Source: a bacterium (GTDB lineage: Bacteria; Patescibacteriota; Minisyncoccia; Phycocordibacterales; UBA2100). Taken from it: DNA of 64,000 nt. Below the pieces are notes generated by a model, which saw nothing but the letters and a program-made list of their open reading frames with translations, searched no databases and had not been told where the DNA came from. This document shows, one piece after another, positions 56,884 to 64,000 of the stretch (the first letter of the stretch is position 1; every line of letters begins with the position of its first letter). The position numbers and the translations under genes were made by a program. Where the stretch lies: contig JAUSHX010000013.1 in assembly GCA_030648265.1 (NCBI GenBank), positions 3,030 through 67,029 of the forward strand, in the 5' to 3' direction.

Positions 56884-57627
56884 TTAATTCTTCTTGGATG
56901 CACGGGACTGAATGATTGCAACGGACGCTTCAGGGTTTTCAATGACGATATACGCGTTACCGAGAACAGAAACCGGATTGATATTCCTGACGCTCACACA
57001 CTCAACACTGCCGATGTTGCGGAAACTCTTGGCGGTTGCGGGAGACAGGTCGGCAAATGCAATGAGCGCGGCATTCTTTTTCTTATTAGCGAGTCTTTCA
57101 AATCCAACAATCCCGGAAAGCGTGACGAGTGTTTGCCTGGCGGCCGCCGTCTTTGGAACGTTCAGCCCGAATGAATTGACAAAAAGGATTTCGCCGTCCC
57201 TGAACTTGCGCGAGAGTGCGGCAAAAAGCGCCTTTGCACGCATCTTTTTCGGAATTTCGCGCGCATACACTTTCTCTTTCAAGGGACCGTGCGTCACGCC
57301 TCCGCCTTTCCATATCGGAGAGCGTATGGAGCCGTGACGGGCGCGGCCGGTACCTTTCTGCTGCCATGGCTTTCGCCCGCCTCCGCGCACCTCGCCGCGA
57401 CTTTTTGTGTGCGCAATGATATTCCGCGCATTGGCCTGCATGGTCGTCACCACCTGGTGCATGAGTGCATCGTTCCACTTCACGCTAAAAACATTTTCCG
57501 GAAGTTCCAGAGTTCCCGTTTTCTTTCCCTGCGCGTCATAAATATCCGCTTGCATGCTGCGAGGAACAACCGCGTTGTTTTTCGGAGTCTTGGGTTCCTT
57601 TTTCAGTTTTATTATTTTTGTTGCCAT
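56884..57627 (-). CDS. rplD: 50S ribosomal protein L4
   Basis: RGEVRGGGRKPWQQKGTGRARHGS. Confidence 0.98.
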   Translation of the reverse strand: MATKIIKLKKEPKTPKNNAVVPRSMQADIYDAQGKKTGTLELPENVFSVKWNDALMHQVVTTMQANARNIIAHTKSRGEVRGGGRKPWQQKGTGRARHGSIRSPIWKGGGVTHGPLKEKVYAREIPKKMRAKALFAALSRKFRDGEILFVNSFGLNVPKTAAARQTLVTLSGIVGFERLANKKKNAALIAFADLSPATAKSFRNIGSVECVSVRNINPVSVLGNAYIVIENPEASVAIIQSRASKKN

Positions 57628-57650
57628 AAATCTTTGCTTGATATGAAAAA

Positions 57651-58319
57651 TTATCCGCGGATTTCAACGAGTGTCCCCGGCTTCCCCGGAACCGCGCCGC
57701 CGATAAGAAGCGTATTCGTCGCCACGTCAATCTGAAGCACGCGAAGATTTTTCACCGTAATGCGGTCCCCTCCCATTCGGCCGGCCATGCGCATGCCTTT
57801 TGCAACTCGCCCTCCGGCGCGTCCGCCGCCGCCGATTGAGCCAGGCGAGCGTTCCTTGTTCTTTTGTCCGTGGCTTCTTGGACCACCGTGAAAGCCGTGC
57901 CGTTTAACAACGCCTTGAAAACCTTTTCCTTTTGATATCGCAGACACGGTAACGAGGTCGCCCTCTCTAAATACGGAAACATCTATGACCTTTCCGCGCT
58001 CAAGTCCGCCATCCGTGGGAAATTCACGCAAATTCCGGAAAAGCCCCAGGTATTTTCCGCCAGAGGCGCCCGCCTGCCCGGCCGGCAGGGATCCGCCTTC
58101 GGCGGAGAAATGTCCAAGTTGCGGTTTTGCAATATTCTTTTCTTTTTTGGTGCCAAAACCGACTTGCACCGCGGTGTAGCCGTCTTTTTCCTTGGTCTTA
58201 ACCTGCGTTACTGTAAGAGGGCCCGCAGTAATTATTGTGGCGGGAAAGATGACGCCCTTGTCATCAAAGACCTGGGTCATTCTTCCTTTCGTGCCGAGCA
58301 TAAACTTGTTAGATTTCAT
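57651..58319 (-). CDS. rplC: 50S ribosomal protein L3 (17-aa in-frame insertion)
   Basis: MTQVF, DGYTAVQ, SKGKGFQGVVKRH and MAGRMG motifs. Confidence 0.98.
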   Translation of the reverse strand: MKSNKFMLGTKGRMTQVFDDKGVIFPATIITAGPLTVTQVKTKEKDGYTAVQVGFGTKKEKNIAKPQLGHFSAEGGSLPAGQAGASGGKYLGLFRNLREFPTDGGLERGKVIDVSVFREGDLVTVSAISKGKGFQGVVKRHGFHGGPRSHGQKNKERSPGSIGGGGRAGGRVAKGMRMAGRMGGDRITVKNLRVLQIDVATNTLLIGGAVPGKPGTLVEIRG

Positions 58320-58503
58320 TGTGAACGCAGTGAACTAGGAAATCTTACACCCAGCACCATTTTTGCATCCCTACGATTCGTATTACTTCCCGATTTGGTT
58401 GAGACTGGCTCAACAAAGTCAGACACTTTTCACGCTAGAACGGATACAAAAATGGTGCTGGGTCGTGAGAATTATAGTCGCGCACTGCTCGCTCCTTAAT
58501 TCC
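58317..58503 (-). repeat. Family A element #18
   Basis: Stem acccagcaccatttttg...caaaaatggtgctgggt. Confidence 0.88.
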
Positions 58504-58706
58504 CTACGAAAAAATCGCGCAACGGCAAATCGCTTGCGCGAGATACCATTGGTCCCTCCCCAATTACGGGGCGTGCCCCAGAATTGGGGAGGGACGTAGC
58601 GTTGGGGAAGTATACATACAGGCTCCCAAAATGCAAATATATGCTACCCGAGTTCAATGTAGAAGTGCACAGCCAAGTACACTCATGTTTTGTCGTGAGT
58701 AAACAC

Positions 58707-58741
58707 TGTACCGATTCTGCGCGACCGCGTATAATCGGTAC
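58707..58741. repeat. Diverged palindrome downstream of PaaX/Cas2-like gene 3
   Basis: tgtaccgattctgcgcgaccgcgtataatcggtac; compare 59344-59383. Confidence 0.85.
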
Positions 58742-58779
58742 GGGACGTCTCTTCCAATACATCCTCTCAAATATAATAA

Positions 58780-59346
58780 TCACGATAGTCCGAATCGTTT
58801 TTTGAGCGGGATGTCACCCTCGATGGTGTCAACAATCATATAGAGAACATCTCTCCCGACGTGAAAATCGGCCTTAATCATAGTAATAAGGTCTTCGCAA
58901 TCATATGGATACACCCATACGCTGTCTTGAAGTCGCACGAAGCCGATATCTTGAAGTATGTGCCGTAATTTGTCTCGCAATCCCTTGCGATATTCTGGAA
59001 TATCAAAAACTAACACGCGCCACTTGCGGTCCCAATGCCGTGGCTTGTCTTCGGAATAATCGCGCGCCCGAAGTATACGGAGTGCGCACTCGCCTTTTGC
59101 GGTGAGCCGCAACTTTTTGCCTTCCCACGCGAGAAGCCCTGCTCGCGCAAGCCTGTCGCAAGAACGTTCCACGACATTTTTCTGCCGCGGCGACCGTATG
59201 ATTCCTAGTTTTGCCATAGCCCCGACAACGTTTGGAGCGACAATAAATACGCTCACGAGTCCGGCAAACTTGACCGAATCAAGGATAATCCTCTTGAGTT
59301 CATTTTTACGCGTTCGTCTTTCGCTTTCCGCTTCCTTAATCCCCAT
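58780..59346 (-). CDS. PaaX-like regulator (wHTH plus Cas2-like domain), copy 3
   Basis: RLARAGLL...LRLTAKG; WDRKWRVLVFDIPE...LR..LQDIGFVRLQDSVWVYPYDC. Confidence 0.85.
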   Translation of the reverse strand: MGIKEAESERRTRKNELKRIILDSVKFAGLVSVFIVAPNVVGAMAKLGIIRSPRQKNVVERSCDRLARAGLLAWEGKKLRLTAKGECALRILRARDYSEDKPRHWDRKWRVLVFDIPEYRKGLRDKLRHILQDIGFVRLQDSVWVYPYDCEDLITMIKADFHVGRDVLYMIVDTIEGDIPLKKRFGLS

Positions 59347-59383
59347 GTACTGATTCTACGCGACCGCGTAGAATCAGTACATG
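59344..59383. repeat. 40-bp palindrome upstream of PaaX/Cas2-like gene 3, including the start codon
   Basis: catgtactgattctacgcg-ac-cgcgtagaatcagtacatg. Confidence 0.92.
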
Positions 59384-59468
59384 TTTCGGAGTGTACAACC
59401 ATTGTGGACAGCCACGAGCAATGCTCGTTACTGCGTGTGTCGAGTTTCTCTTCTTATTTCTCTATCAC

Positions 59469-60416
59469 CTACAATTCCTCAAAAATCGGAATGATGTTGA
59501 CTGTCTGTATTTCCGAGAGCGTGGCCGGAGTAACGCCGGCGTAAGCCGCGCACGTGAGTGTGTACGTGGTCTGGCCCGTTATCGCGCTGGATGTTTGGCC
59601 GCTAGCTCCGGACGACAATCCTGTCCATGAATCGCCGTTCGTACCGGTAACCGTGCACGATGTCACATTGCTCACCTCCCAATGAACCTGCGTGGTGTCT
59701 CCGCTTGACAGAAGCGACGGCAAAAGCTGGAGATGGCCGGTAAATCCAACAGATGAAATAAAGGACGGCTGCGGGTATAGGCACGCGCTTGAACCGGAGG
59801 AGCAGAATGCCGGCGCAGTGCAGGTTGCATATGTAGTGGTCTGGCAGAAAGAATCCGTGTATAGAATGGTTTGCGTTCCGGAGCAGGAGTATACAGGCGT
59901 ACAGCTCGGACCGCTCGCCAGCGAGAAATCCAGCCAGCCGACAACATCGCTTCCCCACGCATATCCGGAAAGCGTCCCGTTAACGTCTTGAGTGACCCCG
60001 TATCCTGAACCGCTTAAACTAATCCAACCGTCCCACCCACCGCCATAAGAGAGTGCTCGGAGCCATCCCGTGAGCGCGTTGCCGTTAAATTTGGCCCTGC
60101 AAGGATTAGCGGGACAGCCCGAAAGCTCCGACTCATTCGCGGTAATCCAACCGATGTTGTCGCTCCATGCGTAGCCGGAAAGTTTCCCGTTGGTATCCAT
60201 GGTGAGCCCGTAGTTGGAGCCGCTTAATGAGACCCATCCGATGTTGTCGCTCCATGCGTAACCCGAAAGATTGGACGTGTCGGCGAATGCAAAGTTCTTA
60301 TTCTTCAAAGAGCCGGCAGAGTTCAGAAAGAATAGCAAAACTGCCAGTCCGGCAAGCAATATAATAATCTGCTTAAAACGAAGTCTTTCTACTATTCCCT
60401 TGCCAGTGAATGCCAT
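59469..60416 (-). CDS. Membrane-anchored surface protein with SGYAWS..GW repeats and a Cys-rich C-terminus
   Basis: Three to four LSGYAW repeats; N-terminal TM segment. Confidence 0.8.
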   Translation of the reverse strand: MAFTGKGIVERLRFKQIIILLAGLAVLLFFLNSAGSLKNKNFAFADTSNLSGYAWSDNIGWVSLSGSNYGLTMDTNGKLSGYAWSDNIGWITANESELSGCPANPCRAKFNGNALTGWLRALSYGGGWDGWISLSGSGYGVTQDVNGTLSGYAWGSDVVGWLDFSLASGPSCTPVYSCSGTQTILYTDSFCQTTTYATCTAPAFCSSGSSACLYPQPSFISSVGFTGHLQLLPSLLSSGDTTQVHWEVSNVTSCTVTGTNGDSWTGLSSGASGQTSSAITGQTTYTLTCAAYAGVTPATLSEIQTVNIIPIFEEL

Positions 60417-60425
60417 ACCTCTTTA

Positions 60426-60767
60426 TTATTTCTTTAATGATTCCAGCAGTTTTATTTTTTCCGCATCCTGTGCTGGTGTCGCGTTGTTTTTCGGAGAACT
60501 GGCTGCATTGTTCAATATCTTCTCTTTCGCACTGTCGCTAACGGTACTTGCCGGAGCGTTTGTCGATGACGTTAGACTGTTGAGCGCATTTATTTTTTGC
60601 TCATCTGTCGTTGTAATCGCAGGAAGTCTATTAGTGTTTTCACTGCCGACCACATTGGCGTCTTTGCCGACAGTGGCCCTAGCTGTGAAATACGACATAT
60701 ACACGACGTACCCCGCAACCGCCACGGCAATCACTCCCGCAACAATCAACAAAGGTTTATTACTCAT
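60426..60767 (-). CDS. Membrane-anchored hypothetical protein
   Basis: N-terminal TM segment; low-complexity tail. Confidence 0.65.
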   Translation of the reverse strand: MSNKPLLIVAGVIAVAVAGYVVYMSYFTARATVGKDANVVGSENTNRLPAITTTDEQKINALNSLTSSTNAPASTVSDSAKEKILNNAASSPKNNATPAQDAEKIKLLESLKK

Positions 60768-60846
60768 AGCAAAAGTATCTTTAATGATAGCACCTTATTC
60801 AGTATTGTACCGCGAAAGTTGAGACAATGCTGTCACTATTCACAAA

Positions 60847-61488
<642 letters not shown>

Positions 61489-61566
61489 GGAATTATTGTA
61501 ACACTTTTATTTTTGCGAAAAACTTCGCGGTGCGTGAAAATCTGCTGATCATGGTATAATGCACAT

Positions 61567-61959
61567 ATGTTGAGCGATTCTCTCTACGATTTCATATCAG
61601 GGCGCAAGCATCTCATCTGGTATGTCAAGGATTACCGCGCGCTCAACGAGGAAGCGGTCGTGGAAGCGACACTTAACTATGGTAATTGGGACGATGTTCA
61701 GAAATTGATTAGAATCCTCGGTATGGAGAAAGTCGCGCAGATATTCCGCAAGCAAATGGTGACGGGGAGACAGCGTGGAAATTACTATCCTGAGACTGCG
61801 CATTATTTCACGCTCTATTTCAATAAATATGTGCCACTATCCGCTCGTTCAAGAAAACTTATTGAAAAGCAAAGAATAAGTTTGTCGCCAAATATTAAGT
61901 CAAGTGGGTTTTCCCTCCGCTCCTTTCACAAAGAAAGTAATCCGCAAGCCAGAATTTGA
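61567..61959 (+). CDS. Hypothetical protein of the type usually paired with an AbiEii-like nucleotidyltransferase
   Basis: LIWYV.D...L....VVE..LNYGNWDDV pattern; family assignment is from recall. Confidence 0.55.
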   Translation: MLSDSLYDFISGRKHLIWYVKDYRALNEEAVVEATLNYGNWDDVQKLIRILGMEKVAQIFRKQMVTGRQRGNYYPETAHYFTLYFNKYVPLSARSRKLIEKQRISLSPNIKSSGFSLRSFHKESNPQARI

Positions 61960-62011
61960 AGCGCCCGATGAGGAAATAAAGCGCGCGCTTACGGAATATG
62001 GTCTCTCGTAG
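61957..62011 (+). repeat. 55-bp imperfect direct repeat (gene 3'-end remnant), left copy
   Basis: Encodes EAPDEEIKRALTEYGLS*; 49/55 identical to 62732-62786. Confidence 0.85.
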
Positions 62012-62104
62012 TCATGAAAAGAAATCTCATCCATTCTTCCATAGTCGCTAGTCTCCGAGATGGAAATTCATTGACAAATCTTGTACATTTTGTACAATTC
62101 CCAT

Positions 62105-62356
62105 ATGAGAACAATTACAACGACAGAGGCGCGTAGAAACCTCGGAACGCTCATTGACATGGTGCGCGACACGGGTGATGTGGTTTTGATTGGCCGGCGG
62201 GACAATATGGAGGCGATTCTGATGAAATACCCGAGAGATTACAACCGGGAGTTGAATGATATTACAAATATAAACACTCTGTCTCAAAGCTTTGATTTTT
62301 TGAGCGAGGAAGCGGATATATATTCGGAAGCCGATTTAAAAAAGAAATATGCCTAA
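62105..62356 (+). CDS. Phd/YefM-like antitoxin
   Basis: MRTITTTEARRNLGTLIDMV; overlaps the toxin start. Confidence 0.8.
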   Translation: MRTITTTEARRNLGTLIDMVRDTGDVVLIGRRDNMEAILMKYPRDYNRELNDITNINTLSQSFDFLSEEADIYSEADLKKKYA

Positions 62357-62678
62357 GAAGGGAACGATTGTTTTGGTCCCGTTTCCATTTACCGATTTAT
62401 CTGGAGTCAAAGTTCGTCCGGCTATTGTAATATCAACTGTAGCGATGGGGAAAGATGTTGTTGTCGTTTTCATTTCATCCAAGAAGGAGGTTAAAATTCG
62501 GAAATGTGATTTGGCAGTTTCCCCAAGCTCGGCAAATGGCCTTAAAGTAGATTCGGTGGTTAAATGCGGGAAAATAGCAACGCTTGAAAAAAGAATCATT
62601 CTTGGGGAGCTTGGAACTTTGGAATCTTCTGTAATGATAGAGGTAGATAAAAAACTTAAGCTCGTTTTGGGCGTATAG
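62349..62678 (+). CDS. PemK/MazF family toxin
   Basis: GTIVLVPFPFTD....KVRPAIVIS and GLK.DS motifs. Confidence 0.9.
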   Translation: MPKKGTIVLVPFPFTDLSGVKVRPAIVISTVAMGKDVVVVFISSKKEVKIRKCDLAVSPSSANGLKVDSVVKCGKIATLEKRIILGELGTLESSVMIEVDKKLKLVLGV

Positions 62679-62731
62679 TATTTTCCCTTCTTTGATATCA
62701 AGTTGGCCAGGCAGATAGTGTTGCCGGGGTC

Positions 62732-62786
62732 TGAAGTGCCCGATGAAGAAATAAAGCGCGCGCTTACGGAATATAGTCTTTCATAA
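62732..62786 (+). repeat. 55-bp imperfect direct repeat, right copy
   Basis: Encodes EVPDEEIKRALTEYSLS*. Confidence 0.85.
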
Positions 62787-62848
62787 AGGTTCCTCGGGGC
62801 AAGCGCCGAGGAGCACATCGGATTTTGTTGCTGTCCTTCTTGTTGAAA

Positions 62849-63358
62849 TTACTTAGGCACCGGCGGGACGCCCAATGCTTTGGACGGGACCGATATATTG
62901 ATTGATACAGCCGTTAACGCTCCTCCGCCATACACCGGCTCTTTGGTTTGAATAGATACTAGTCCACCAACGACCAATGTACCGCCAGATACGACAGTGT
63001 CTTTAGTAATAGTGGCGGTCAAGTTTCTAACTGAAGCAGGTAGGGTCTGCGACTTCTTGAAATCAAATGTATCAAGGGCGGAGAGATTGACGAGACTGGT
63101 CTTTATCACTACTTCACTCGCGGTTGAAGAAACGACAGTGCCGGAAATAGTTCTGGTCGCGAGAAGACTGTCTTTGATGGCCTGCGCCTGATTGAAGGCC
63201 GGTTGATTTTGCGATGCTACCTCTTTCTCACTTGAAGTTTTGCTTATTTGTCCGTTTCTAATCTGACTAATCTCCTGTTGTTGCCAGACAACAAAAAGGG
63301 CGAGTGCGATGATGGCGAGAGAGAAAACGACGGTGCTTTTTTGTATGTTGTTTTCCAT
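62849..63358 (-). CDS. Membrane-anchored hypothetical protein
   Basis: N-terminal TM segment; beta-rich C-terminus. Confidence 0.65.
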   Translation of the reverse strand: MENNIQKSTVVFSLAIIALALFVVWQQQEISQIRNGQISKTSSEKEVASQNQPAFNQAQAIKDSLLATRTISGTVVSSTASEVVIKTSLVNLSALDTFDFKKSQTLPASVRNLTATITKDTVVSGGTLVVGGLVSIQTKEPVYGGGALTAVSINISVPSKALGVPPVPK

Positions 63359-63366
63359 AATAATTT

Positions 63367-64000
63367 TTATGGTTCTAGGTGTCCGATGGGCGTGTTGGCA
63401 CAGGATGACTGCGTCGGATTATACGTACTACCATCACAATAGTAGTAATATGTCGTCCCGCTTTCTGGGTCCCACCCGTAAACATTTACAATACAAGTCG
63501 CTGAACTGGTCAGAATCCCTGACACTGTAAGTTCCAATCCACTCTTAAAACAACCCCAAGATTCTTGATACACTTGAGAACCATAGACAGTCGGGCCGGC
63601 GGGGCCTTGCGGACCCGTTGGACCAGTGAGTCCCGTTGCGCCAGTTGCTCCTGTCCCACCAGTTGCTCCGGTTGCTCCAGTTAAGCCGGTTGCACCTGCT
63701 GGGCCTGCCGGTCCCGTTGCACCTGTTGCTCCGGTAGTTCCTGTTGCACCCGTTGCTCCAGCCGGACCTGTTGGTCCTGGAGGCCAACTCGTAACGCAGG
63801 ACGCGCCGATGCAGAATTTCGGAGAAGTAATGGCGCTAGTGTTCACTATTGTTCCCCCCGATAAGTATATGGACATGGAGTCAAAGATAGTGTTGTTGGC
63901 CGAGAAATCTCCATGTTTGATTTGAGTAGTAATGCCGGTATTTATGGGTGTATCGGTGTTCCCGTCTGGCGGAGCGGCTGTTGGCCCTGTCCATGCATAG
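63367..64000 (-). CDS. Secreted collagen-like protein, paralog of 60847-61488 (5' end outside the window)
   Basis: Frame is open to the window end: [21 protein letters not shown]...[20 protein letters not shown](GAT)n. Confidence 0.88.
   Translation of the reverse strand, partial: YAWTGPTAAPPDGNTDTPINTGITTQIKHGDFSANNTIFDSMSIYLSGGTIVNTSAITSPKFCIGASCVTSWPPGPTGPAGATGATGTTGATGATGPAGPAGATGLTGATGATGGTGATGATGLTGPTGPQGPAGPTVYGSQVYQESWGCFKSGLELTVSGILTSSATCIVNVYGWDPESGTTYYYYCDGSTYNPTQSSCANTPIGHLEP

Noticed and set aside
46197-58503. Integron attC cassette array interpretation of family A
   Set aside because: The intervening genes are essential r-proteins in ancestral order, there is no integron integrase in the window, and I saw no consistent RYYYAAC/GTTRRRY box pairs.
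4041-58503. Family A as plain rho-independent terminators or group I/II introns
   Set aside because: There is no U-tract after the core stem, the copies lie inside co-transcribed operons, and they lack recognisable intron catalytic cores. Loop-loop pairing of the flanking hairpins is imperfect in several copies (e.g. #6, #8), so it is not claimed.
28361-59383. CRISPR array interpretation of the 35-40-bp palindromic direct repeats near Cas2-like genes
   Set aside because: Each repeat has only two copies, separated by a whole gene; there are no 30-40-nt spacers and no cas1 or effector genes in the window.

Overview
64-kb chromosomal window, most likely from a Patescibacteria/CPR (Parcubacteria-like) bacterium. 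This is inferred from the absence of rpmD/L30 between rpsE and rplO, the compact EF-Ts, three PaaX/Cas2-like paralogs and GYAWS- and AWTGPT-type surface proteins. It holds tsf-rpsB, ndk, a candidate short 6S RNA, leuCDAB-ilvE, a suf cluster, ilvA/ridA, a split trp/aro cluster with a Trp T-box, a VirD4-like ATPase, purD, most of the S10-spc ribosomal protein cluster, a TA pair and surface proteins. The amino-acid biosynthesis content is unusually rich for CPR. The most striking signal is non-coding. (1) A three-hairpin element occurs 18 times at gene junctions, always directly before a start codon. Its central stem (ACCCAGCACC...GGTGCTGGGT) carries interchangeable payloads: tiny loops, about 75-90-nt loops encoding conserved micro-peptides, or a complete GIY-YIG nuclease gene. 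(2) Three PaaX/Cas2-like genes and one HicB-like gene are each bracketed by a directly repeated 35-40-bp palindrome. (3) Three cargo insertions are flanked by duplicated gene 3' ends. (4) Many in-frame palindromic insertions interrupt housekeeping proteins. Everything was read by eye and no database searches were run.
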